From Planctomycetota bacterium (GTDB lineage: Bacteria; Planctomycetota; UBA1135; UBA2386), in NCBI GenBank assembly GCA_947501605.1, contig CANMWZ010000054.1, forward strand, positions 1 through 17,659: a stretch of DNA of 17,659 nt, written 5' to 3'. The first letter of the stretch is position 1. Every line of letters starts with the position of its first letter. Made by a program: the position numbers and the translations under genes. Below, piece after piece: positions 8,152 through 15,781 of the stretch. Below the pieces are notes generated by a model that did not search any database, was not told where the DNA came from, and saw nothing but the letters and a program-made list of their open reading frames with translations.

Positions 8152-9564
8152 ATGCGGGATGCGCGTTCGATCGGTCCGCTAGTTCTCGTCCTCGCCGTTG
8201 CGCTCCCGGCGCAATCCGCGCGCGACGTGAAGATCGCCGACTACCACAAACAGGTCACTCGGCACCATGCCGATGCGGCCCAGGGCTACATCGACATCGC
8301 GACCTGGGCGCGCAAGGTCGGGCTCGTGCCGCAGTCGACCACGTTGTTCCTCCGCGCCAAGGCCGTGTCACAGGGCAAGCACCCTGCTGCCGACCAACTG
8401 GTCTCGCTGATGCAGACCTACGGCGACGCGTTCTGGCGCAAGAAGCACCAGAAGCCCGTGCGCGCCCTCGTCAGCGATTGCGACCGCCGCGTGCGCACCG
8501 CGGATGAACGGACGCGGCGGAGCCATGTGCGCATCGCCCAGCTCGCACTCGGCATCGAGAACGAGACCGACGCGCGCGAACATTGTCGCGCCGCGATGGC
8601 TCTCGGCGCCGAAGTCACCGTCGATGCCGACGGCAACTACAAGCTCGACCGGTTGTCGTTGCCCGAAGAGTTCGCAGCGATCTTGAAGTCCGAGACCGTC
8701 GCCGACAACAAGGGTCGCCGTCGCTTCGAGCCCGCTGCGGCCGGCGGTGCGGCGTTGCAGCTCGACGGGTTCCACTCGCACGAGGACGAGAAGCTGCTCG
8801 TTCGCACCGACCTCGGTTCGGAACGCGCGCAGAAGCTGCACGAACTCGGTTCGGCGCTGCTGCCGCACATCGAGAACCGCATCGACGGCGCGCCGTCGCG
8901 ACAACTCGTGCTGCTCGTGTTCGCGAAGCGCGTTGGCTACGACGACTATCTGCGCGCGCGCAAGCTGGAGAACCATGCCGCCGGCCTCGCCGACTACGGC
9001 GGGTTCCAGACCCTGGTCTGCGCCGAAGGCAAAGGCGACGACGAGCTGCACGCTCTGGTGCTGCACGAACTCAGCCACCTGTTCTTCTGGGGCACGGCAC
9101 CGGCCGTGTTGCCGGACTGGTATGCCGAAGGCTTCGCCGAGTCCTTCGGTGGTCAGGGCACGTTCGCCTACGACGGCAAGACGCTCGCGGTCGGTGGCCC
9201 GATGGCAGAGCACCGGCTGCTGGCACTGAAGCAATCGCCGATCGCGATCCGCGACCTGCTCGCCCTCGATGCGCATTCGCTGTGGCACGACGAGCCCGAG
9301 AAGGCTCTGCGCTCGTACACCGCGGCCTGGGCGTTCCAGCGGATGCTGCTGCGCGACGGCTCGAAGTGGCGCGAGGACTTCCTCGCGTGGGAACGCCAAT
9401 GCCGCTCGGCGGTGCTCGGTGCCGTGGTGTTCTCGCCGATGGGCCTAGCCGGCGCGCCGCGGCCGGGCAGCGCCGCCGCCGCCACGCAGAAGTTCGAGGT
9501 CTTGTTCGGCAAACACCTCGACGCGATCGACAAGGAGTTCCAAGCCTACGTGCAGGGGCTCTAG
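8152..9564 (+). CDS. Secreted DUF1570/gluzincin-like putative zinc metallopeptidase
   Basis: HELSH (HExxH) followed by PDWYAEGFAE (candidate third-ligand Glu); signal ..LVLVLAVALPA|Q. Confidence 0.85.
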   Translation: MRDARSIGPLVLVLAVALPAQSARDVKIADYHKQVTRHHADAAQGYIDIATWARKVGLVPQSTTLFLRAKAVSQGKHPAADQLVSLMQTYGDAFWRKKHQKPVRALVSDCDRRVRTADERTRRSHVRIAQLALGIENETDAREHCRAAMALGAEVTVDADGNYKLDRLSLPEEFAAILKSETVADNKGRRRFEPAAAGGAALQLDGFHSHEDEKLLVRTDLGSERAQKLHELGSALLPHIENRIDGAPSRQLVLLVFAKRVGYDDYLRARKLENHAAGLADYGGFQTLVCAEGKGDDELHALVLHELSHLFFWGTAPAVLPDWYAEGFAESFGGQGTFAYDGKTLAVGGPMAEHRLLALKQSPIAIRDLLALDAHSLWHDEPEKALRSYTAAWAFQRMLLRDGSKWREDFLAWERQCRSAVLGAVVFSPMGLAGAPRPGSAAAATQKFEVLFGKHLDAIDKEFQAYVQGL

Positions 9565-9579
9565 GCTACGCGCCCTCTG

Positions 9580-11106
9580 ATGCCCGCTGCCGTTTCCGAT
9601 TCGTTCCGCGCGTCGTGGCGCGCCCTCTCGGTGCTGGCTGCGATCGCGCTGCTGGTCACGTTCGGTCTGATCGCGCTGCGCATCGGCTATCCGTGCGAGC
9701 TCGAGTGGATGGAAGGCGCGATGGTCGACGAGGCTTCGCGCGTCCGCCAAGGGCTCCCGAGCTACCACGCGCCGACGACCCAGCACGTGCCGTTCCTCTA
9801 CACGCCGCTGTTCTATCAACTCGGTGCGCTCGCGAGTCTCGTCTGCGGCGAAGGGTTCTTCGCGGTGCGGTTGGTGTCGGTGCTGTCGACGATCGGTTGC
9901 CTAGTGCTCATCGCAGCGCTCGTGCTCGAGGCGACCGGCAAACGGCGCGCGGCGCTCGGCGCGGCGGGACTGTTCGCGGCGGGCTACGGCTGGCTGCAGA
10001 GCTGGTACGACCTCGGTCGCAACGACATGCTGTTCTTGGCCCTGATCCTCGCGGTCTGGCGACTCCTTCGCGGCACGTGCTGGAAGACGGCGCTCGCGGC
10101 CGCCGCGGTGGCGACGCTCGCGTTCCTGGCGAAGCAGACGGCGTTGATGTGGTTGCCGGCTCTGGCGATCGCCGCGATCCTCGAACGGCCGCGCCGCGGC
10201 GTGGTGTTCTTGCTCGCGAGTGCAGTCGGCATCGCCACGACGACGTTTGCCTACGATTCGGCGAGCGACGGGTGGTTCTCGTTCTACGTGTTTGCGATGC
10301 CGCGCGCGCACCACTGGCAAGGCGACCGACTGGTGGGGTTCTTGACCGAAGACCTAGTGCCGGTGATGCCGCTCCTGCTGCTCTCGACGCTGACCTTCGT
10401 CGAACGGTGGCGGCAGCAGGGTGCGCGGAACGCGTTGGCGTTGGGTGCCGCAGCCGGTGGCGGCCTGGTCGCCAGTTGGGTCTCGCGCCTGCACGTCGGC
10501 GGCTTCGACAACGTGCTGGTCTACGGCTTCGCGGCGCTGTGCGTCGCGGGTCCGCAGGCCGCGATCGCGGCGTCCAACTCCAGGCTGCGTCGCGCGGCGC
10601 TGGCGCTGCTGCTCGTGCAGTTCGTCATGTTGGTCGTCGACGTGCGCGCGCTCGGCTCGCGACCGCTGCTCTACGACCCGGCTTCGCGGCTGCCGCGCGC
10701 TGGTCACGAACACGCCTGCAGCGAACTGCGCGCCTTCGCGGCTTCCCAAGTGGGGCCGGTTTGGCTGCCGTTCCAGGGCTTCGTCGCGGTCGAGGCGGGC
10801 AAGGAGCCGGCGGCGCACGGCCAAGCGGTGGTCGATCTTCTGGCGTGGATCGAGAAGCCCGGGCTGCCGCCGGAAGATCGCGCGGCGGTGGCGTTCGTGC
10901 AGAGCGTGAAGTCGGACCTCGAGGGCAGGCGGTACGCGGCGATCGTGCTGCAGGAGCCGCAGGGGGCGAAGTTCACGGGCTCGTTCGGGCCGTTCCTCGC
11001 GGGCTATCGGCTGCGTGAGGGGGCGGTGCTGTCGGACCCGATGGCGATCCAGCCGCTGGTCGGGATGGTGACGCACTCGCCGTTCGTGTTGGAGCGGCGG
11101 CCGTGA
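9580..11106 (+). CDS. Polytopic membrane glycosyltransferase, GT-C fold (ArnT/PMT_2-like)
   Basis: Many TM segments, an acidic first loop (ELEWMEG), YTPLFY, R.VS..S, GRNDML and AFLAKQ motifs, and a C-terminal soluble domain. Confidence 0.82.
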   Translation: MPAAVSDSFRASWRALSVLAAIALLVTFGLIALRIGYPCELEWMEGAMVDEASRVRQGLPSYHAPTTQHVPFLYTPLFYQLGALASLVCGEGFFAVRLVSVLSTIGCLVLIAALVLEATGKRRAALGAAGLFAAGYGWLQSWYDLGRNDMLFLALILAVWRLLRGTCWKTALAAAAVATLAFLAKQTALMWLPALAIAAILERPRRGVVFLLASAVGIATTTFAYDSASDGWFSFYVFAMPRAHHWQGDRLVGFLTEDLVPVMPLLLLSTLTFVERWRQQGARNALALGAAAGGGLVASWVSRLHVGGFDNVLVYGFAALCVAGPQAAIAASNSRLRRAALALLLVQFVMLVVDVRALGSRPLLYDPASRLPRAGHEHACSELRAFAASQVGPVWLPFQGFVAVEAGKEPAAHGQAVVDLLAWIEKPGLPPEDRAAVAFVQSVKSDLEGRRYAAIVLQEPQGAKFTGSFGPFLAGYRLREGAVLSDPMAIQPLVGMVTHSPFVLERRP

Positions 11107-11114
11107 ACTGGGGC

Positions 11115-11143
11115 TTGCACTCTCCACCCCCTGTCCCTACTGT
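11115..11143 (+). promoter_or_regulatory. Sigma70-type promoter for pth-rpsF-rpsR-rplI
   Basis: TTGCAC (11115-11120), 17-nt spacer, TACTGT (11138-11143), ending 20 nt upstream of the pth ATG. Confidence 0.65.
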
Positions 11144-11163
11144 CCTCGCCCCCTGACACCGTC

Positions 11164-11874
11164 ATGGGTTGGCACCGCATCGTTCTGGGCATCGGCAATC
11201 CGGGTCCGGAGTACGACGGGACCCGGCACAACGCCGGGTTCATGGTGCTCGACCACCTGGCGCAACGTCTTGGGTTGGAGTTCTCCCGCCTCGAGCGGCA
11301 CGCGGACGATGGTTCGCGGGCCTTCTCCGGCAAGGTGAAAGCCAAGGTCTGCGAGGGTCGCCGGAAGGGACGCGAGTTCCTGCTGGTGAAGCCGCAAACC
11401 TACGTCAACCTGTCCGGTGACGTCGCCGCGCCGCTCTTGCGGGCCGCGGGGCGCACGCCGGACGCGCTCTTTGTCATTGTCGATGACCTGAACCTACCGC
11501 TGGGCCGGATTCGACTCCGGCCGTCGGGGTCCGCAGGAGGTCACAACGGCCTCAAGTCCATCCAGGAGCGTCTTGGATCGGATGCGTATCCCCGTCTCCG
11601 TCTCGGTATCGGACCGCTCGCTCCCACAGGCTCTGCAGAATCGCAGGGCAAGAAGAGCGGCGGGTCCGAAGGTATGCACCCGGCCAACTGGTCTGGGTTC
11701 GTCCTGGCTCCCTTCCTCAGAGAGGAACGTGAGGTTCTCGGTCGAGTCCTGGCTCTTGCCGCCGACTGCATCCAGCAGTGGTTGGACGGACAGAGCCTCG
11801 AAACCCTGATGGGAACCTACAACGGCGCAGACGCCGGCTCCGACGCGGAGCCGAAGCAGAAGCCCAAGTCGTAG
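11164..11874 (+). CDS. pth: Peptidyl-tRNA hydrolase
   Basis: GIGNPG.EY..TRHNAGF, KPQTYVNLSG, DDLNLPLG, GSAGGHNGLKS and RLRLGIG motifs. Confidence 0.97.
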   Translation: MGWHRIVLGIGNPGPEYDGTRHNAGFMVLDHLAQRLGLEFSRLERHADDGSRAFSGKVKAKVCEGRRKGREFLLVKPQTYVNLSGDVAAPLLRAAGRTPDALFVIVDDLNLPLGRIRLRPSGSAGGHNGLKSIQERLGSDAYPRLRLGIGPLAPTGSAESQGKKSGGSEGMHPANWSGFVLAPFLREEREVLGRVLALAADCIQQWLDGQSLETLMGTYNGADAGSDAEPKQKPKS

Positions 11875-11913
11875 GCTCCCGTCGCCAACCGATGGGCCCC
11901 GCGCCCCTGGAGT
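11875..11913 (+). promoter_or_regulatory. Candidate S6:S18 ribosomal-protein leader RNA
   Basis: CUCC (11876-79) can pair with the SD GGAG (11909-12). Inner hairpin CGUCG/CGAUG, with an unpaired CCG at 11899-11901. Confidence 0.5.
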
Positions 11914-11919
11914 TCTGTT

Positions 11920-12384
11920 TTGCAACGCACCCGCACCTACGAATGCATGTGCCTCTTGGACAACCGAGAGGTGCGCAAAGGCTGGCAGCCGCTGAAGGAC
12001 AGCGTCGCCGCCTTGTTCAACAAGCATGGCGCTCAAGTTTTGAGTGCCCGCCGCTGGGACGAGCGCCGTCTCGCCTATCCCATCAAGGGCCAGCAGCGCG
12101 CCACGTTCATGCTCGCCTACCTCAAGGCGGACACGCAGGCTCTGTCGGCGATCCGCCGCGATCTGCAGTTCAGCGACACCGTGTTGCGCAGCCAGATCCT
12201 GAACTGCGAAGAGGTGCCGCCCTCGGCTTACGAGCCCGAAGCAGAGTTCGACATCAACGCCATCCCCGTCGATGACAGCCCGATGGCCTCGTCGAACGTT
12301 GTTCCGGCGGAGGAAATCGCTGAGGACGTTGCGGTGGCGGATATCGCGCCCATGGATGACCCCGTGAAGGAGGATGGACAATGA
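11920..12384 (+). CDS. rpsF: 30S ribosomal protein S6 with an acidic C-terminal tail
   Basis: RTYECMCLL..WDERRLAYPIK..VLRSQI; TTG start 7 nt after GGAG; operon context. Confidence 0.95.
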   Translation: MQRTRTYECMCLLDNREVRKGWQPLKDSVAALFNKHGAQVLSARRWDERRLAYPIKGQQRATFMLAYLKADTQALSAIRRDLQFSDTVLRSQILNCEEVPPSAYEPEAEFDINAIPVDDSPMASSNVVPAEEIAEDVAVADIAPMDDPVKEDGQ

Positions 12385-12812
12385 GCGGCAATAGCTCGTA
12401 CGGCGGCGGTGGTGGCGGTGGCGGTGGCGGTGGCTATGGCGGCGGTGGCGGCGGCTACGGCGGCGGCGGTGGTGGCGGCGGTTACGGCGGCGGTGGCGGC
12501 GGCTACGGCGGCGGTGGCGGCGGTTACGGCGGCGGCGGCGGTGGCGGCGGTTACGGCAGCGGTGGTGGCAACGGTGGTCCGCGTCGCAGCGGTGGCAAGT
12601 TCGGTCGCTTCGGTCAGAAGCGCGCCGAGGTCCTGCCGACTGAGCCGCTCAACTACAAGAACCTGCCCTACCTGTCCAAGTACCTGATGCCCAACGGCAA
12701 GATGCAGTCGCGCAAGCGCACCGGCTTTGGTGGTCAGCACCAGCGCCAGCTGGCCGAGGCAATCAAGCAAGCTCGCTTCCTCGGCCTCTTGGCCTTCGTC
12801 GGGAGGCAATGA
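12381..12812 (+). CDS. rpsR: 30S ribosomal protein S18 (Cys-free) with a Gly/Tyr-rich N-terminal extension
   Basis: LNYKN..L.KY...GKMQSRKRTG....QRQLAEAIKQARFLGLL; ATGA overlap with rpsF. Confidence 0.95.
   Translation: MSGNSSYGGGGGGGGGGGYGGGGGGYGGGGGGGGYGGGGGGYGGGGGGYGGGGGGGGYGSGGGNGGPRRSGGKFGRFGQKRAEVLPTEPLNYKNLPYLSKYLMPNGKMQSRKRTGFGGQHQRQLAEAIKQARFLGLLAFVGRQ
12399..12554 (+). repeat. Coding GGY-codon tandem repeat: Y-G11-Y-G6-Y-G8-Y-G6-Y-G6-Y-G8-Y
   Basis: Runs of GGC/GGT codons punctuated by TAC/TAT. Confidence 0.95.
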
Positions 12813-12814
12813 CC

Positions 12815-13267
12815 ATGGAACTCCTACTCAAGCAGACGATCCAGCACCTTGGTCGCGTCGGCGATGTGGTCAAGGTCAAGAACGGCTACGGCCGCAACTA
12901 CCTGCTGCCCCTTGGTCTTGCCGTCACGGTGAGCAAGGCCAACGTCGCTGAGATCGAGCGCGCTCGGGCTCTGGCTCTGGCCGAAGAAGAGGCTCGTGTC
13001 AGCACGCTCAAGGAGATGGCGCAGCGTCTCTCCGAGACCTCGATCACGATCGAGAGTCGCGCCAACGCCGAGGGTCACTTGTTCGGTTCGGTGAGCACGG
13101 CGCAGATCGCCGCGGTTCTCCGCGACAAGGGCCACGCGATCGAGGAGCGTCAGATTCGCCTCGCGGCGCCGCTCAAGGAGATCGGCGTCGTCGACGTTGT
13201 GGTGCACCTGCACGCCAGCGTCGAAGCGACGGTCAAGGTCTGGGTCGTCCAGCAGAAGCCTCAGTGA
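12815..13267 (+). CDS. rplI: 50S ribosomal protein L9
   Basis: LGRVGDVVKVKNGYGRNYLLP, GHLFGSVS and LKEIG motifs. GGAGG at 12802-06 favours ATG 12815 over 12809. Confidence 0.97.
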   Translation: MELLLKQTIQHLGRVGDVVKVKNGYGRNYLLPLGLAVTVSKANVAEIERARALALAEEEARVSTLKEMAQRLSETSITIESRANAEGHLFGSVSTAQIAAVLRDKGHAIEERQIRLAAPLKEIGVVDVVVHLHASVEATVKVWVVQQKPQ

Positions 13268-13296
13268 TCGAATCGGGCCGGGTCAGACCTGCCCCC

Positions 13297-13340
13297 TGCC
13301 CGCGGCGGCTTAGGCCAAGCCGCGGGCACAGCCCCTTTTT
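13297..13340 (+). terminator. Possible intrinsic terminator after rplI
   Basis: 10-bp stem TGCCCGCGGC/GCCGCGGGCA with T5 at 13336-40. The T-run is 7 nt from the stem, which is atypical. Confidence 0.45.
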
Positions 13341-13346
13341 CCGCGC

Positions 13347-14708
13347 ATGAACGAAGGCATCCGTGTCGCGATGATCAGCCTCGGCTGCGCGCGCAACCTC
13401 GTGGACTCCGAGGTGCTGCTCGGTCATGTCGTCGAAGAAGGGCTCCAGGTCGTTCGTGAGCCCGAGGACGCCGACGTCGTCGTCGTCAACACGTGTGGTT
13501 TCATCGACTCTGCCAAGCAGGAGTCGATCGACACGATCCTCTCGGTCGCGCGGCTCAAAGAGGACGGAACGCTGAAGGGCGTCATCGCCGTTGGCTGCCT
13601 CGCCCAGCGCTACGGCGACGATCTGCGGAAGAACATTCCCGAGCTCGATGCCGTGTTCGGCATCAGCGACTACTCGGGAGTGCCCGCCGTCGTGCGGCGC
13701 ATCATGAATGGCAGTGATCGGCGCTGGGTCGCGACCGTCGATGGCGGTAAGCCCAAGGGGCCGAAGAGCGATCGCAAGCGAATGCTCCTCACGCCGAAGA
13801 GCTTTGCCTACCTGCGCATCAGCGAAGGCTGTGACCACAAGTGCACCTTCTGCGCGATCCCAAGCATGCGCGGCCGCAACCGCAGCAAGCCGATGGAAGT
13901 GCTGATCGATGAGGCGAAGGACCTCGCCGCTGCCGGCGTCAAGGAGCTGGTCATCGTTGCTGAGGACACGACCGCTTACGGCCTCGATATCGACCGCAAG
14001 CGCCACATCCACACACTGCTGGAGAAGCTTGGCGAAGTCGACGGCATCCAGTGGATCCGCTTGATGTACGCGTATCCGCACACCGTGCTGCCAGAGCTGA
14101 CGACGTTTCTGCGCGAGCATCCCAAGGCGGTGAAGTACCTCGACATCCCGATCCAGCACATCAGCTCGCCGCTGCTCCGCTCGATGAAGCGGGCCGTCAG
14201 CAAGGAGCAGGTCGAAGGGATCCTATGGCGCCTGCGCGACGAGGTTCCGGGCATCGCCGTCCGCAGCACGCTGATCACCGGCTTCCCCGGCGAGACCGAC
14301 AAGGACTTCGCCGAAGTGCTCGAGTTCTGCACTCGGTTCCGCTTCGAGCGCCTCGGCGTGTTCACCTACTCGCGCGAAGAGACCACGCCGGCGCACGACA
14401 TGCCGGACCAGGTGCCGGAGGACCTCGCTTTGGAGCGTCAGCGACTGCTGATGACGCAACAGAAAGGCATCCTCGACCAGTTTCAGCAGAGTCTCGTCGG
14501 CAAGACGTTGCCGGTGGTGGTCGATGGCTTTGACTCGGCGTCGGGGGTGCTCATTGGTCGCACCTTTGCCGATGCGCCCGAGGTCGACTGTCGCGTCCTG
14601 ATGACCGACGGCACCGCAGAACCCGGCCAGATCGTGGACGCGAAGATCACCGCAGCCCACGATTACGATCTGCGCGCCGAGCCCATCGGCGCCCGCCGTC
14701 GGTCGTGA
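13347..14708 (+). CDS. rimO: Ribosomal protein S12 methylthiotransferase
   Basis: SLGCARNLVDSE, NTCGFI..AKQES, GCLAQRY, radical-SAM CDHKCTFC and C-terminal TRAM GR..DAPEVD. Confidence 0.97.
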   Translation: MNEGIRVAMISLGCARNLVDSEVLLGHVVEEGLQVVREPEDADVVVVNTCGFIDSAKQESIDTILSVARLKEDGTLKGVIAVGCLAQRYGDDLRKNIPELDAVFGISDYSGVPAVVRRIMNGSDRRWVATVDGGKPKGPKSDRKRMLLTPKSFAYLRISEGCDHKCTFCAIPSMRGRNRSKPMEVLIDEAKDLAAAGVKELVIVAEDTTAYGLDIDRKRHIHTLLEKLGEVDGIQWIRLMYAYPHTVLPELTTFLREHPKAVKYLDIPIQHISSPLLRSMKRAVSKEQVEGILWRLRDEVPGIAVRSTLITGFPGETDKDFAEVLEFCTRFRFERLGVFTYSREETTPAHDMPDQVPEDLALERQRLLMTQQKGILDQFQQSLVGKTLPVVVDGFDSASGVLIGRTFADAPEVDCRVLMTDGTAEPGQIVDAKITAAHDYDLRAEPIGARRRS

Positions 14709-15271
14709 ACGTCCCGAACGCCATCACCCTCTCGCGCCTCGTCGTCACCGCGGCGACTTTCGTCTGTCTCGAGCTGGTGGCCGACCCAGCTCGACCGGAC
14801 CCGACGCTGATCTGGTTGTCGTTTGCCCTGTTCTTGGGCGCGGCGCTCACCGACTTCCTCGACGGCTACCTGGCGCGCAAGTGGAACATGGTCACTGCGT
14901 TCGGCCGCGTCGCCGATCCGTTTGCCGACAAGGTGCTGATCGCCGGTTCGTTGGTGCTGCTGCTCAAGTTCCCAGCGGCTAGGTCGGTGATGCCATTCTG
15001 GTATGTCGTCGTGGTGATCGCGCGCGAGTTTCTCGTCACTGCGATCCGCGGCGTCGTCGAGGCCTCGGGTCGCCCGTTCCCGGCCGACAGGCTCGGCAAG
15101 TGGAAGATGGTGACGCAATGCTGGACAGCGGCGTCGCTGATGATGCTGATCGCCGGTGTCGACTCGTGGCATACGCTGACGGTGACAGGGCTCTGGCTCA
15201 GTTTTGCGCTGACCGTGGTCAGTGGCGTCAATTACGCATTCAAGGCCCGGGGCGTGCTGTTCGCACGCTGA
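14705..15271 (+). CDS. pgsA: CDP-diacylglycerol--glycerol-3-phosphate 3-phosphatidyltransferase
   Basis: NVPNAIT.SR, TDFLDGYLARK....T.FG...DP.ADK and GKWKM..Q motifs; GTGA overlap with rimO. Confidence 0.92.
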   Translation: MNVPNAITLSRLVVTAATFVCLELVADPARPDPTLIWLSFALFLGAALTDFLDGYLARKWNMVTAFGRVADPFADKVLIAGSLVLLLKFPAARSVMPFWYVVVVIAREFLVTAIRGVVEASGRPFPADRLGKWKMVTQCWTAASLMMLIAGVDSWHTLTVTGLWLSFALTVVSGVNYAFKARGVLFAR

Positions 15272-15283
15272 AGGACGAACCGC

Positions 15284-15778
15284 ATGAGCCTCGCTGACCG
15301 CCTCCGCTTCTTGCTCGTGACGAGCTGCGGCCTCGGCTTGTCGCCGATTGCGCCCGGCACCGTCGGGACGCTCGGCGGCATCGTGATCGCGGTCGTGCTG
15401 CAGGCGACCTTGGCTTCGTCTGCGATCGTGACGACGTGGTGGATCGTTGCGGCGGTGTTGTTCGTGCTCGGTTGTATGCAGACTGCGTTCGTCAAGCGGA
15501 CGTTTCCAAACGAGGATCCGGGCGCGTTCGTGCTCGACGAAGTCGTGGGCTATCTCGTCACCGTCGCGACCTACGCGGTGCTGTCGCAGAAGCTGCCGGA
15601 TGCCGCTGGTCACGCCGCTGCCTTCTTCGCCTTCCGTTTGTTCGACGTGTGGAAGCCGCAGCCCGCGCGCAAACTCGAAGACCTGCCCGGTGCACTCGGC
15701 ATCATGGCCGACGACCAGATGGCGGGCATCTACGCCGGTTTGTCGATGTTCCTCGTCTTGCCGCGACTCGGTTGGTGA
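15284..15778 (+). CDS. pgpA: Phosphatidylglycerophosphatase A
   Basis: G.SP.APGT.GT, DPG..VLDEVVG, FRLFDVWKP and GIMADD..AG motifs. Confidence 0.95.
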   Translation: MSLADRLRFLLVTSCGLGLSPIAPGTVGTLGGIVIAVVLQATLASSAIVTTWWIVAAVLFVLGCMQTAFVKRTFPNEDPGAFVLDEVVGYLVTVATYAVLSQKLPDAAGHAAAFFAFRLFDVWKPQPARKLEDLPGALGIMADDQMAGIYAGLSMFLVLPRLGW

Positions 15779-15781
15779 TCC

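Noticed and set aside
8583..11018. 811-aa alternative-frame ORF
   Set aside because: R/A/G-rich off-frame shadow of two well-supported genes.
12399..12554. Repeat as a CRISPR-like or non-coding array
   Set aside because: No unique spacers, and variation is at synonymous third positions, so it is coding.
12228..12809. Ala/Thr-rich minus ORF and Ala/Val-rich plus ORF
   Set aside because: Alternative readings of the poly-Gly repeat in rpsR.
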